A stretch of 64,000 nucleotides of DNA from Octopus vulgaris (GCA_951406725.2 OX597827.1:65162001-65226000); one strand, 5' to 3'. Positions 38,789 through 54,007 are shown, numbered from the stretch's first letter. Notes: generated by a model from the sequence alone, not told the origin. A program made the numbers and translations.

Positions 38789-39027
38789 GGCGTAGAAGCA
38801 CATGGCCTAGTGGTTAGAGCAGCGGTTTCGCGATAGAGGGATTACTGGTTCGAATCTCAGACCGGGCGATGTGTGCGTTTATGAGCAAAACACCTAAGCT
38901 CCACGCGACTCCAGCAGAAGGTAATGAAAACTTCTGCTTACTCTTTCGCCACAACTTTCCTCCTGCAACTTGCTGCTCACCTGTGACGGCCCTTGTGATC
39001 CAGGCATGGCTCGAGAAGGAATAAACA
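38789..39027 (+). mobile_element. SINE, S3-related head with a fourth tail type
   Basis: TGGCCTAGTGGTTAG A box and GGTTCGAATC B box. TSD ATTTGTTAC. Confidence 0.8.
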
Positions 39028-39172
39028 ATTTGTTACAACACTTTACATCTTAGGGTGAAATATCGGTGAGCGCCACTCGAAGTTGTCGACAAAATGAAGT
39101 ACCAATTAAAGTAGTGATATCAGTATAATCACGTATTTTCCTCCAAACAAATGCCAGGCCATACATATATAT

Positions 39173-39488
39173 TGTGGAGGCGCAACGGCTCAGTGGTTAG
39201 GGCAGCGGGTTCGCGGTTGTAGGATCGCGGCTTCAATTCTCAGAGCGGGCGTTTGAGTGTTTATTGAACGAAAAAAAACCTAAAGACCCATGAGGCTCCG
39301 GCAGGGGGTAATGGCAATTCCTGCTGAACTCTTTCGCCGCAACTTTCTCTCACTCTTTCTTCTGTTGGCCTGTTCGCTTAGCCAGCGGGGTGGCGTCATT
39401 TGAAGGCTGAAACAATGCGAAGCGCTTTGCAACCAGCAATGTGTAGCAACATCTGATAGCATGGTCGGTTACGGTGCTTACGGTGACA
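39173..39488 (+). mobile_element. SINE, head S3 plus tail 3
   Basis: Homologous to 21247-21541. Confidence 0.85.
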
Positions 39489-39787
39489 TGTATATTAAAA
39501 ACCCTTATTAAGAGAAGTACACATTGGCAAAATTGTGAAGCGTCAGGCAACCTGCTTGTGCCGGTATTAGAAACAAACATTATTTTGTGGTTGTTTAGCA
39601 GAATCGTGGGAGCGTCGGAGAAAATTCCCTACGGCATTTCCTCGGCCGTTTGACTTCACAGTTCAAATTCCGCTGAAGTTACCTTCGCTTTTCATCCTTC
39701 CTGGGTCGATAAAATATTTACGAGTGGGGTCGATGTAATAAGCGGTTTCTTCCTCAAAAGCTACTGGCCCTGAGTCAAAATTTGAGA

Positions 39788-40324
39788 CTACTACAACTAC
39801 TACTACTACTACTACTCCTGCTGCTGCTTCTGCTGCCACTGATGCTGCTGCTGCCACTGCTGCTTCTCATACCACAGTTGTTGTTGTTGTTGTTGTTGTT
39901 GCTCTTCTTCTTCTTCTTCTTCTTCTTGTCCTTCTTCTTCTTCTTCTTCTTCTTCTCCTTCTTCTCCTTCTTCTTCTTCTCCTTCTTCTTCTTCTTCTTC
40001 TTCTTCTTCTTCTTCTTCTTCTTCTTCTTTTTTCTTCTTTTTCCTCTTGCCATTATTATCAAGGCAGTGAACTGGTAGAATCGTTAGCACTGTTGACGAA
40101 ATGCTTGGCTGTAATTACGCCAGTCGTTAATTTCTGAGTTCAAATCCCGCCGAGGTCAACTTACCCTTTCATTATTTCGGAGTCGACGATAAATTAAACA
40201 CCTTGTTGTTGTTGTTGTTGTTCTTCTTCTTCTTCTTCTTCTTCTTCTTCTTCTTCTTCTTCTTCTTCTTCTTCTTCTTCTTCTTCTTCTTCTTCTTCTT
40301 CTTCTTCTTCTTCTTCTTCTTCCG

Positions 40325-40355
<31 letters not shown>
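39788..40355. repeat. Compound trinucleotide microsatellites (CTA, CTG, GTT, TTC, ATC) with degenerate S2 SINE pieces nearby (about 39598-39785 and 40061-40200)
   Basis: Direct inspection. Confidence 0.85.
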
Positions 40356-40881
40356 ACTTTTGTTTTTACTTACTAAATCGTGTTTATGTGAGTTCCTCCG
40401 TTGGAATATATTTCACTGTTGTTTTTCGGAAATGCATAATTATTATTATTGTTATCATAATGCCGTTCCTGTAGCATCGTATCATGACAAAGAGAAAGTA
40501 TGAATTTTGTTTTCCATGATGTCTGACCAGAATGGGGATATTAAAAAAAAAAAAAACTAAGAATTTTAAAACACTTTTGTCGGTTATTATTTTTTTTCCG
40601 TTTTGCTCAAATATATTTCAACATTGGCTTCGTATTGCGGTAGTAGGTAGAGATGCTTGTCACAGTAACGGTAGCATCGACAAATATATGCCTCCAGCCA
40701 AAACAAAGTCATAAACAAAACAATAGTATAGATTTGTAAAAAGCAGGAAAAAAATTGCCACAAAATGAGAGCAGGAAGTTTTTAAAAAAAATATTGAAAC
40801 AGAACAGTGTTAAACCAAACAACACCAAACACGGAGAAAAAATTGTTCGTAGTAAACAGTGGTCATAGTATTGATGTTTAT

Positions 40882-41046
40882 CTTAAAGGAGCACTCCGTC
40901 GGTTGCGACGAAGAGGATCGCAGATGATCCCATCAACGGAACAGCCTGCTCGTGAAATTAACGTGCCAGTGGCTGAGTACTTCACAGATACGTGCACCCT
41001 TAACGTAGTTCTCAGTGAGATTCAGCGTGACACAGACTGTTGTTGA

Positions 41047-41077
<31 letters not shown>

Positions 41078-41445
41078 AAGCAGCAAGACGGGAAAGGGTG
41101 AGTAGGTGATGGTCTAGGGCTTAGGGGCGGGAGACCCCAGACTGTGGGAAAAATAAACCTTTGGTCGTCTTGTTGTAGTTGAGGGCTCTTCGTTGACGGC
41201 CGACACCACTCGGAGGTGGCCCTCAAAGTCGCTGGAAATGGAGAGCTCCAGGTCCAAATGCTTGAACGGCTTGAGCGTGTGACAAGGCTGGCCATTTTGA
41301 AATATAGTTACTCGTCATTTTTGCCAGCTGAGTGGAGTGCGGCAATGTAAAATAAAATGTCCTGCTCAAAGACTCAACGCGTCGCCGAAAATTGAACTCA
41401 CGAACGTGAGCCAAATGCTCCTAACCACTAAGCCACGCGCCTTCA
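40882..41445 (-). mobile_element. SINE, head S4 plus tail 1, split by a nested insertion
   Basis: TSD TATTGATGTTTAT at 40869-40881 and 41446-41458. Tail 1 is broken between GTGACACAGA and GTGACAAGGC. Confidence 0.85.
41037..41272 (-). mobile_element. Nested retroposed fragment with an (AAC)n tail
   Basis: A GC-richer insert of about 235 bp ending, on the minus strand, in TT(AAC)n inside the SINE. Confidence 0.6.
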
Positions 41446-41581
41446 TATTGATGTTTATATTAGCATTAGTAAATACCTCTCAGGTAGAGACGTTAGTGAT
41501 TTGGAAGAAGTATTATGAATACTGCTACATATCCAAAATATTTCTGGGTTAGGAGAAATCAAATGATGACAAAGAAACTTG

Positions 41582-41779
41582 AGGCGTAGGAGTGGCTGTG
41601 TGGTAAGTAGCTTGCTTACGAACCACATGGTTCCGGGTTCAGTCCCACCTACTATAGCCTCGGACCGACCAAAGCCTTGTGAGTGGATTTGATAGACGGA
41701 AACAGAAAGAAGCCCGTCGTATGTATGTATGTATATATATATATATTAGAGACAAACCACATTTAAAACAAACAAGGAA

Positions 41780-41822
<43 letters not shown>

Positions 41823-41905
41823 TTATAATATTTTACTATAAATTGGATTTAATCAATCTGATTTTTTTCCTGTAAAGTTGGATTTATTCCTAATATTTAT
41901 TATGT

Positions 41906-41941
<36 letters not shown>

Positions 41942-42150
41942 ATATGTTTGTGCGTCTTTGAATCCCCCCAACATCACATGACAACCGTTGGTGGTGTGTT
42001 TACGTCCCCCTAACTTAGCGGTTCTACAAAGGGGACCGATAGAATACGTACTAGGCTTACAAAGAATAAGTTCTGGGGTTTATTTTCGCGACTAAAGGCG
42101 GTGCTCCAGCATGGCCGCAGTCACATGACTGAAACAAGTAAAAGAGTAAA
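41582..42150 (+). mobile_element. SINE S1 with a small deletion and inserts in its internal TA tract
   Basis: Head and tail are intact. Foreign segments lie at about 41746-41905. Confidence 0.85.
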
Positions 42151-43225
42151 TGAGTAAGTAAAACCTTACTAGGAACAAAAACAGCTGGAACGTGCAAAGT
42201 GATCCTTTTTCTAATGTAATATTTTCATGGTTGTGCGATGGCTAAAAAAATTATAAATGTATTTCAATGAATGAATCAGTAAAAGGCAGAGCAGCACTTT
42301 TGACTCTACTGAAAAAAAAACCCCTTATATTGGTGTATAAAAGGTCGTACAAGCCGGTTGCATGGGCCCAATACTTCCAATAAAATAAATTGTATTGTTA
42401 CATCAGGTAGACGTACAATACACGTATCAAGACATACACACATAAATTAAAAACATAGAAGGAAAAATAAACCCAATGCGCTGTTCTTCTGATACTCAAA
42501 CACAATTTCTATTTTCACCATGTGGTATTTAAATTAAAATTCAGCAACATAATACGCAAAAATTTCTGTTCTTTTTTTATTTAAGTAGTTGTTTGAAAGT
42601 GTTGATTTTCTGAACTTTTCAGAAACCAATTACAGCATATTCCCGTCGGTAGAAAATATTGATACCACATGCAAGAGCAATCTATACAGTTTAGGATTTA
42701 AATTGTTTATATGTCGAGAGACTGCCGCAATCTGTGAAATAATTTTCGTTTATTTCATGTAGATTAGAATTTTCAGTTTTACCCAGGTGACCCAAGAAAG
42801 GCTGTGAGAGAGCGAGGAGGCAAATAAATATACTAGTATCTTCTACAACTATAAATAACTGTGAATCTAATCTATGTTGATATTCGACCATTTGGGATTG
42901 TTATCTTAATATTTATTATGCAAGTTGTTATGAGAGAGAGTGAATAAGTTGTTACAAAAGCTGGTGACTGTAGATTTTACTGAACATACGAATGCGGATC
43001 ACGTGCGGCATGAATTTTACAATCTGCAACAACTTGTTAGAAACAGATACAAATTCATACAGGTATGGCTGCGTGTTTAAGAAGTTCGCTTGAAACGACG
43101 TGCTCCTGTCACATTTGCACAGTAGCTTAGGCAGAAGATGTGTTCTGCGATAAGTGCGGTCAGGTTAATATTTCTAGTGAATTTGAAGGGTGAAACTCTG
43201 TACACTGTGTTTGTGTGTATATGTA

Positions 43226-43741
43226 CAGAGTATGGACAAAATAATGGACACACCTTAAAATATCAAACAAATTTATTTTAATATGGTATGCGATCACCTT
43301 TAGCAGTAATTACAGCTTGAATTATTCGAGGTATGAACTCCGACAAAGTTTCAATTGTTTACAAAGGAATTTTTGTCCATTCTACAGCTAAAACGGACTC
43401 CAGTTCTTGTAGAGATGATAGTGGAAGATATCGACTCCTTACTTGCTTTTCCGTACGTGTAGCGTGTAGTAGTAGCAAATATACCGAAACCATTATCTCG
43501 CTTTGCAACGTTTGTTTTTTATAATAGTAGTTTTCTGATTGCAGCCCTCCCATGAAATCCGGGTTTGTGCAGCTTCTGGAGAACATTTTTTTCTGGACTC
43601 TGGGTTCTCGAGGTGATCATTAAGCTCTGCAGTAATTTTGGGAGCTGTACTTTTGTGATCCTTTCAAACAATTCCCATAAGAGTCCGACGGTCCCTATCT
43701 GAAAGTTTTACGTTTCTTCCGGAGTTTGGTTTGACGAGGAG
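43226..43741 (-). mobile_element. Tc1-like transposon remnant with one TIR and the catalytic core deleted
   Basis: TA + CAGAGTATGGACAAAATAATGGACACACC TIR. The minus strand encodes KLSDRDRRTL..KSTAPKITAELN..GFHGRAAIRK and EWTKIPL*TIETL..IPRIIQAVITAKG..PY. Confidence 0.85.
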
Positions 43742-43860
43742 GAGAGACCGATAGAATAAGTACTAGGCTTGCTAAGAAAAAGTCCTGGGGTCGATTTGCT
43801 CGACTAAAGGCACTGCTCCAGCATGGCCGCAGTCAAATGACTGAAACAAATAAAGGAATA
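43742..43860 (+). mobile_element. SINE S1, 3' fragment
   Basis: S1 tail. Confidence 0.85.
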
Positions 43861-43864
43861 AAAA

Positions 43865-43926
<62 letters not shown>

Positions 43927-44180
43927 ATGTACGTTTTTATCAACATTCTGGCTACATTCAGCAGAATATTCTATAATCTTTCTCCTTATTAGTTACATGT
44001 ATCAGCTTTCACCTGCCTTCTATTATTTATTCTCTTCTCTACCTTTCTTTTTGGTCGTCAATTCACATTGTTCTCTTCCAAATCTCTTTTATATTTCTCT
44101 GCAATTCGTCGTGTCCTCGAAATATCCATACAAACCTAATTCACACGGACAATCACGCACAGACATACATAAACGCATGC

Positions 44181-44228
<48 letters not shown>

Positions 44229-45392
44229 GCATATATACATATATATATATATATATACATGCATATATATATATATATATATATACATGCATATATACAT
44301 CTATAATATATACATACATATATATATATATATAATTATATATATATATATAATTATATTTATATTATATAAACACCTCTCGCTTCCTCACGTTCCTTAT
44401 ATAAATATATATATAATGTATATATGTGTGTGCATGATATACATACTTATTCGTGTAGTAATAGTTTTCCTATTGTATGTATTATGTCTATTTCCATTGA
44501 GATTCTTTTCTTTAACATCTCTTGTATTTTACACACAGTCACATGAATGATCTGATATTTTTACTTCTATGTTTGTGCTATTACACTCATGGTTTGTTTT
44601 TTATAGCTGTACGTGGTATTGTTTCTTACTATTGTCTTATTCGCTCTCTCGCACAAATGCATATTTGAAATGTCTCCATCGCATCGTCTATTTTCCATCC
44701 ACCGTGTATTGATTAACCACTTGCTTTTGGATTAGACTTGTTTTGTATTCATTGTTGATGCCTTTTTTTTTCTCTTGTTTTGTCTTTTGCCGTTCAAAAA
44801 TGGACGCCAAAAATGACGCGATCGAGCGAGCAATAAATGCAAGAAAACAATAAGAAATAAATGAAGAATGAAGAAACAGACGAATGCTAAATAAAATGTG
44901 AAAGGGAGAAGGAAAGAAAATAAGTAAGAATCAAGGAGCTGCCGAAAAAAGAAACGCGTTTCGTTGAATTTCAAAAGAGCTATGTTAGACCAAATGGCTC
45001 AATAAGAGAAACGTATAGTAGCAGATGAGACAATTTAAAATGCTAAGAAAAGAAATGAAAACGCATGGAATATTGTGTAAAAAAAAAAAGAAACATTTAT
45101 GTAATGAAAGAGACGGGATACGACTGAAAGAAACGTATAAACGAAGGGAAGAAAACATCAAAGTATATGTAAAAGTGTTATAAATGAAACTACGAGAAAA
45201 CGGATATGTTGAGAAACTAACAAGCGCGGAAATATATTGATGTGAAAGAATGAAAGAGAAATGAAGGATAAATATTGAAGAAAGAAAGAAAGAAATGGAT
45301 GAAAAAAAAAATGCTTTCAAGAATAGAACAACGAGAAATATAAATAAGGATATGAATGAGAAAGAAATATGAAAAAAAAAAAAAAAAAAAAA

Positions 45393-45445
<53 letters not shown>

Positions 45446-45580
45446 TAATAAAATGGAAGATAAATACAAAATACATGACAGATAAAAATGAGAAGAATTA
45501 ATAATATATGGCTGAAATGAAACGTAATTTTCAAGGAGATTTGAGATAGGAGATTGTGACATTCATTAGTCTCTAACATC

Positions 45581-45618
<38 letters not shown>

Positions 45619-46768
45619 GCAACAACAACAGTCTACCAATAAAACATCAGCAAAAAAAAAAACATAACAAAACGTGAAGCCAATGAAAAAAAAAATAAAT
45701 AAGAGAAAACAAGGCGATGCAACTAGATTAGTATTCTCGTCTTACACTTCGGCGATCCCCTTCGTATATAAAGAAAAAAGAAGAAAAAAATATTCGAATG
45801 AAAGATATACATTATTTATCAAATGTCCGAACGTTGAATATCTCCAGTCAAATGATGTGTTAACATAGTAAAATCTTTTCAACTCACGCTTTATGGATGA
45901 CATCATTTTTTTTTCTTCTATTCATTTGTTTATTTATTATATATATTTTCTCTTTTTTTTTTGGGGGGGGGGGTGAGGTTGTGCTTTTGTGTTTACATTT
46001 ATTTGTTCGTTGTGTGTTTTTTTTTTATTTTTTACTTTTTAATTTCATGACATTCAATGGTCAGAATAAGAACAGCCAACGTTTGCATGTGTAATTAATT
46101 ATGTATGCTATATCTGGCCATTGTGAGACGGCTGGTTGTTCAGTAGTCTTTATTTAGATCCGAAGTAATGTAATCCATAGAAAATCTAAATATTCTAAAT
46201 AACAACGAAACACGGTATGACTTAACTCTCGTCTTGTCTTGTTTTTACACATAGGCATACACACACACATATATTGATGTACGTATATATACATATGTGT
46301 GTATGTGTATATATACAAGTTCCAACATACTGTGTTAATAGAGGTGGAGAGTAGCTCACGTTACATGTTGAATATGAGGAGGAATTTTTGCATGATAATT
46401 TGTAAATGCATGTATACATACATAGATATAAAGTCAACAAATGAGATTGAGAAAATCTCAATACAGAAAAAGAAAACACTTGTAGAAGAACCCAAAAAAT
46501 TTGAACTTAGACACTAACGTCTTCACCGAAGACCATGTCAGCAGGGTAAAGTTTGGCGATGAGGGGAATCCAAATAAGTAGATACGGAGACAATGATTCA
46601 TATATACAGATAAACTCATGGGTTTTAATTTACAAAATATACGTACATCTATACATCTAAAAAGAGAAGGCATACTTGAAAATTTCAGATAATAAAACAA
46701 TCTACTATATCATTATGATATGACGTATAATATTATAATATGACATAGATATCATTATAATACGACAT

Positions 46769-47154
46769 AGGCGCAGGAGTGGCTGTGTGGTAAGTAGCTT
46801 GCTTACAAACCACATGATTCCGGGTTCAATCCCACTGCGTGGCACCTTGGGCGAGTGTCTTCTACTATAGCCTTGGGCCGACCAAAACCTTGTGAGTGGA
46901 TTTGACAGACGGAAATTGAAAGAAGCCCGTCGTATATATGTATGTGCGTGTGTGTATGTTTGTGTCTCTGTGTTTGTCCCCCCAACATCACTTGACAACA
47001 TATGGGTGTTTAGGTCCCCTTAACTTAGCGGTTCGGCCGAAGAAACCGATAGATTAAATACTAGGCATCCAAACAATATGACCTGGGGTCGACTTGCTCG
47101 ACTAAAGGTGGTGCTCCAGCATGGCCACAGCCAAATGACCGAAACAAGTAAAAG
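46769..47154 (+). mobile_element. SINE S1, full length
   Basis: A and B boxes, CORE-like segment and tail. Confidence 0.9.
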
Positions 47155-47246
47155 ACTATACTTATAGAGCAAACCAACTAAGTTTGCATAGACACAAAAA
47201 ATTAGAGATAAGAAGGATTCTTTGAGTCTATGTTTGATTATATATA

Positions 47247-47455
47247 GGCGCAGGAGTGTGTGTGTCTGTGTTTATCTCCCATCATCGCTTGACAACCGAA
47301 ACTGGTGTGTTTACGCCCCGTAATTTAGCGGTTCGGCAATAGAGACCAATAGAATACGTACTACGATCACAAAGAGTAAGTCCAGGGGGCGATTTGTTCA
47401 ACTAAAAGTGGTGCCCCAGAAAGGGTGTAGTCAAATGACTGAAACAAAGAAAATA
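47247..47455 (+). mobile_element. SINE S1, internally deleted
   Basis: GGCGCAGGAGTG is joined directly to the 3' half. Confidence 0.8.
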
Positions 47456-47462
47456 ATGAATA

Positions 47463-47562
<100 letters not shown>

Positions 47563-47829
47563 TATAACTGCATGATAATGTCATAATAATATATTCATTC
47601 TCCGTACTGAATCGACAATTTTTATATACAAACAAATGACAGAAATGGATAAGTGATAGTTTGGCCAATCGGATGTGCAAGGCGCCATGTAACCGTTGAA
47701 TTGTTGGTTCGATTGTGCCTGGGGTTAGCTCGTCATGTTATAATGATATAATACAGTTACTATTATACTATGGGTCTTCCATACTGGCTTTCTCTCCGTA
47801 ACTTACAAAGCCTTCCGGATTTGTTTATA

Positions 47830-47990
47830 AAAAAAAGAAAACAAAAAAAAGAAAACAAACAGATCTATTAGTATAACGCTTGAGAATTGAAAAAGTCTTT
47901 AAAGTTTCGAGCCTACGCTTTTCCACAGAAAGGAACACAGAAAGAAACAAGGAGAAAAAAATGTGTGTAGTGGTTAGCGATCTATCATGA
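47830..47990 (-). mobile_element. Family-B-related solo pLTR cassette
   Basis: Reverse complement contains TTT-CTGTGGA-A-AAGC(GTAG)GCTC-GAAACTTTAAAGAC, a mutated copy. Confidence 0.7.
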
Positions 47991-48140
47991 TAGATCCTGT
48001 CTCCTCTCATAGCCCAGGAACTTCTCTGCTGGACTTTCTACCATTCTGCTCTTTACGGATTATGTTTTGGACTTTCTACACTCCGGCTGCACCTCTCCTG
48101 CCTATGGATTACTCTGGACTCTTCTGTATATATATATATA

Positions 48141-48409
48141 TGAAAAAACAAGTCAAGATAGAAAATGCTAAAATAATTTTATAAAGAACATTTCAGTACC
48201 GGTTTCAGTCATTTGAGACCTTTTCAACTGTAACGATTAAATAATTAAATTTAGAAAAATTAAAAAAGTTAAAAAAAAAAAACATTTGTATAATGTTCAA
48301 ATATAAGTGGCATTTTCCTTGTTTCTGCTTTTCTATGTCTCTCTTGTTTACACTTGTGTGTTCGAGGTCGTTGTGAATTCTTGGTAGGGAAGAAGAAGAA
48401 GAAGAAGAA

Positions 48410-48410
<1 letters not shown>
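48141..48410 (-). mobile_element. Solo family-A pLTR cassette (hammerhead-like motif 48194-48230)
   Basis: Matches 1979-2235 and is TA-flanked. Reverse complement cagTTGAAAAggtctcaaatgactGAAAccggTActg. Confidence 0.85.
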
Positions 48411-48463
<53 letters not shown>

Positions 48464-49237
48464 CCACACGCATGCACACATGTATATACATGTGTGTATG
48501 CCTGCGTATCGTACAGTGGCTGACCAACATTCGCAGGGACATATAGGGCTATAGGCGTATTCAAAGCAGTACACAAAATGAAGATATTGTAAAGCATTTC
48601 AATTTAACTTAATTTGTTAATTCCAATCGCAAACCGCATTTTCTCTTCCACGTACGCAGCTGCAGTATTAGCATCACTGATATCAATGAGATTTCAACAT
48701 CACTGCTATCAATGGGATTTCAACGTTGATCTTATCAGGTAATTTGTAAAGCAATAAAGTAGCATTTACTTACATTCAGAGAACGCAGACGACATCCATC
48801 ACATTTGTATTACAAGTGACTTGAATAGACAAACTTAAACGTAAGCAATATATTTAATTACAACCGAGTGCAATCGTCTGAAAGATAATTTGCCGCTTCA
48901 GGTACAAATAAGTTTTATATTCAAATAAATGAAGACAATGTCAGATTATTCATTGATTACATATATATGCTTATTCAGGAGAATATGAATATAAACAAAC
49001 TTCTTTCAAGCATACATTTCTCTCATTGATATCAGCACAAATGTTCACTGTGCTCACTATATTACAGATGCAAAACAATCGCATATAAGTACATACATAT
49101 ATAGATACAAATATATATATGTATATATAAATACATAAATGTATGTATATATATATATACACATATATATATATATATGTATTACATATATATAAGAATT
49201 TGTATATATATATATATATTATATATATATATGTATT

Positions 49238-49286
<49 letters not shown>

Positions 49287-49315
49287 AGTATACACACACC
49301 GCTTGTATGCATATG

Positions 49316-49361
<46 letters not shown>

Positions 49362-49372
49362 GCCTATTGCAC

Positions 49373-49411
<39 letters not shown>

Positions 49412-49753
49412 TGTATGTGTGTATAAACGTATATTCATATATACATATATATATAGAATAAAAACATATATAAACACATATATATAAACACATATATATA
49501 TATATATATATGTAAATATATATACAGGTATATATACATATGTGTGTCTGTGGAGGGGTGCATATACACTGGTAAATGCTGATATGTTTACACTGCCAAT
49601 GTCTATTAAAATCTCTAATATTGTATGAAAACGATGTGGGAGTCTTGTGGGCGAGCATGGACTTCAATCGAAGTGATTTGGGTTGTAGATTTTTACATAT
49701 CATATATGCTTGTAAATATTCGTACCATTGCTAATGCTACGCATAGACAACAA

Positions 49754-49828
<75 letters not shown>

Positions 49829-49880
49829 CATATACATAGATACATATACACATTCATTTGTATATTTACGTATATATATA

Positions 49881-49941
<61 letters not shown>

Positions 49942-50552
49942 GCACATATTGCATATCTATGAGGTGGAGGATAGAGAAAGCATATATACATTCCAAGTTG
50001 TATTTCAATTCATATAAACGAAGTATAATTTCAATGAATATGCCCGCTAACTATTAGGAAATTAAATAGTGGACACGGACGAAGCGTCATACACTCACTG
50101 AAGCACTCAAACACTTATGCATATACAAACATACATGCGTACATACATACATTAATACACATACATAGATACATACACACGCATACATATATATATTTAT
50201 ATGCATATACATAGATATGAATGCACACTCACACACATACACAGATGTATATTGATATCTATATATAAATCCTCTTGTGAATATGATGTGCTATATCACA
50301 TATCATTACCTTCATGCTACAGTAAATCTTGAACAAACTTCTGCACTGAAGTCTATACGCTCCTATCATTCGCTTACCCACCACTGTGCTCTGCCTTTAA
50401 CTTTCTCTTTGCGGAAATTATTTTTTGCCGTCTTAATATTAATATGTATTTGGACATATAACCATTCAAACAATTATAGGTGTAAGTATTATGTATCCGC
50501 AGATATTGCATTACACATACACAGGCACACACGCACACATATGCCTGTCTAA

Positions 50553-50634
<82 letters not shown>

Positions 50635-50653
50635 GTATATATATATATATATG

Positions 50654-50699
<46 letters not shown>

Positions 50700-50945
50700 A
50701 ATATATTTATATATATATATTCACACAAATACCGTTATATGTATGAGTTTTTATATATATAAATACACACGCACACACACATATATATACGTTCCTATTT
50801 ATATACATGTGTATGTGTGTTTATGTACAGTAAGATATATATACCTATCAACGTATGGACCTTCCTACTCTTCTATCTCTCTCTCTGTCTCTCTCCCCCT
50901 CACTCCCTGCATGTGTGTGTATATATATGTGTATGTGTATATATG

Positions 50946-51008
<63 letters not shown>

Positions 51009-51389
51009 TCTCGTATATGCCCATCTCTCTCTATCTCTTCCTATATATATATATATATATATACATTGTTATATATGTTCACACGTGTATATGTGTATGC
51101 ATATTTATGTGTGTGTGTGTTTATATGTGTACCTGTACAAACACATCTATAAGGAGGAAAGTGGGTAAGGGTCTCTTATGGAAACTGCGGAAATGTGTAC
51201 ACCACATACGGTGAAAGAATCCGTTTACATATACGGTCCACGTTGGACAGCAATTGTAAATGTGGACGTATGTGAGACGTATGTTTGTCAGTCTTTAAAT
51301 AAGGCTGTGACTATTTATTTTTCTATTGATTTCTATTCCCTTAGTTTTGTTTAATATCTCCACACGTATAATACATTCCCCGAGGACAA

Positions 51390-51431
<42 letters not shown>

Positions 51432-52038
51432 TAATATAAAGTCCCAAACTTTCTGTCACCAAATCACAAAGAGATCACACGTAGAGATCTCGCCACAGAT
51501 AACCAATAAATATTACTCTTATCCGTACAAGCGGAAATAATTATTATTGAGAGAAGATTCATATTGCAAACTCTTAGAAAATTTCATTTTACCGATATAT
51601 CATAATATTTACATTCATAAAGACGTTTATCGAGTTTTCTCGTATGAATGACAAAATTTCAATACAAAATATATATTTATTACTACTATTAAACCGAACA
51701 AGATCGATACACAACACACATACACGCACACACATTCATATATACATACATACATATATACATATATATATATAAATATATATACTTATATATAGGCACA
51801 CAAACAGACATGGACTCATTAAAGAAATAATTGTACAAAATACATTCCCATACACACAGGTACGTATATACGCGCGCGCACACACACACGCATACACATA
51901 GCGATACACAGACACACACACAATCAGAAAGCCGCATACACACAAAAAGAGACACATATATACACTCATATTTGCAGATATGTGTGAATATGCTTGTTTT
52001 CCGCTGTATATATATATATGTGTGTGTATGTATGTATT

Positions 52039-52088
<50 letters not shown>

Positions 52089-52202
52089 CGCGTGTGTATT
52101 TGTATGTGTGTGAATACAGGTATGTATCAGTATATGTTTGCTCATATATGTGTGTATGTTTTTTCTGTATGGGCCAAAGTTTTCAAACACATAGTCGTAA
52201 AT

Positions 52203-52255
<53 letters not shown>

Positions 52256-52331
52256 GAAGCTCTATTATATTCAGTTATATGTTTATATTTGAGTGAATGT
52301 GGTTGTATCTGTATACATCTATCTCCGTGAA

Positions 52332-52376
<45 letters not shown>

Positions 52377-52379
52377 ATG

Positions 52380-52413
<34 letters not shown>

Positions 52414-52610
52414 TGTATGTATGTATGTATGTATGTATGTATAGTCGTGGCTACGCGGTTAAGATATTCAGTTTTACGATCGGGAGGTAGTGATTTCGAT
52501 ATCTGGAGGCGCTTGGACTTTTAAAAAAAGAGGACGGTCTTTTATTTTTTATTTCATTTTTGCTCCAGTTGTCTCAGCCGGCAAAAATGCAATTCAAAGA
52601 ACTAATCTTG

Positions 52611-52720
<110 letters not shown>

Positions 52721-52841
52721 TTATGTATATATGTATGAGACAGAAACGCACGCAAACGCACAAAAACATATGTAATATATATGTGTCGGTGTGTGCGCGT
52801 ATGCATGTATATGTATATATATATATCTCTCTCTCTCTCTC

Positions 52842-52882
<41 letters not shown>

Positions 52883-53040
52883 GAAACGAAAAACAATTTC
52901 TAATGCCAAATATGCCGAAATTAGACACCTAGTCCATAACCATATAATTTATCACAATACGCACGCTACTCGAAAAAAGGTCGACAGAAATTTCAAAAGA
53001 ATTCTATCATTACCATATCGGACCGATTTCAGGGTTAGTT

Positions 53041-53215
53041 CATGCTGAAGCAACGCCTTTAGTCGAACAAATCGACCCCAGAACTTATTCTTTGTAACCC
53101 TAGTACTTATTCTATCGGTTTCCCTTGTGGCGAACCGATAACTTACGGGGACGTAAACACACCGGCATCGGTTGACAAGGAATGGTGGAAGTATAAACAC
53201 AGACACACAAACATA
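53041..53215 (-). mobile_element. SINE S1, 3' half
   Basis: S1 body motifs. Confidence 0.8.
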
Positions 53216-53755
53216 TATATGCCCCTTTTATTTTAGAATGATGAAATGTCATTTGAGACACCTTCTCTGTTATCTGTAATAGAATGCACAGCTCATAGAG
53301 ACACCTAAACCTCTTTCTGATCCTTACTAACCTCTGCACGTTATCTGTCTTTCAACTCGATTTTCAATGATACGTTTAGCAATCGCACTAGTAGTTCACA
53401 GTGCAGTCTTCCTTCAATTACAATGAGAAATTTTATGAATAAAGAAAGGCGTACTAGATAATGTGGACGAACAAATCGGTGAAAACCTGATGCTCACAGC
53501 CAGAAATTCCACTAGGAAGCGTTTATTTAATCAGGTCTAAGGCAATCCGAAAAGAGAGCCACGATTCCATTTCCTTTTTTCATAAACTTTATAGAAACAA
53601 ATAGCAGCTTGAAATTAATCACGCGGTTGGTCGGAAAGTAACCCATACAAAAATTGCATTACTTTCTGAATCAAGCTCTCGTATATGGACATATCATCAC
53701 AACAAATTATTTTTTAAATGCTTAAAATATTCATAGATTGCAACACAAGACACTG

Positions 53756-53830
<75 letters not shown>

Positions 53831-53939
53831 CGAAGCCCCTTTCGAGCTATATATATAATATATACGCTAACTAAATGTGGCGGTCCTATATATTTTATGA
53901 TTCTGTGCTGTACTGTTTACCTCTCGCTCAGAGCTTATA

Positions 53940-54007
<68 letters not shown>

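Noticed and set aside
39812-40090. Poly-E/poly-Q ORF resembling a low-complexity protein
   Set aside because: Compound trinucleotide microsatellite between SINE fragments, with no supported splice or domain context.
48672-48724. 26-bp tandem duplication (similar ones at about 22088-22148 and 57148-57186)
   Set aside because: Ordinary two-copy slippage duplications.
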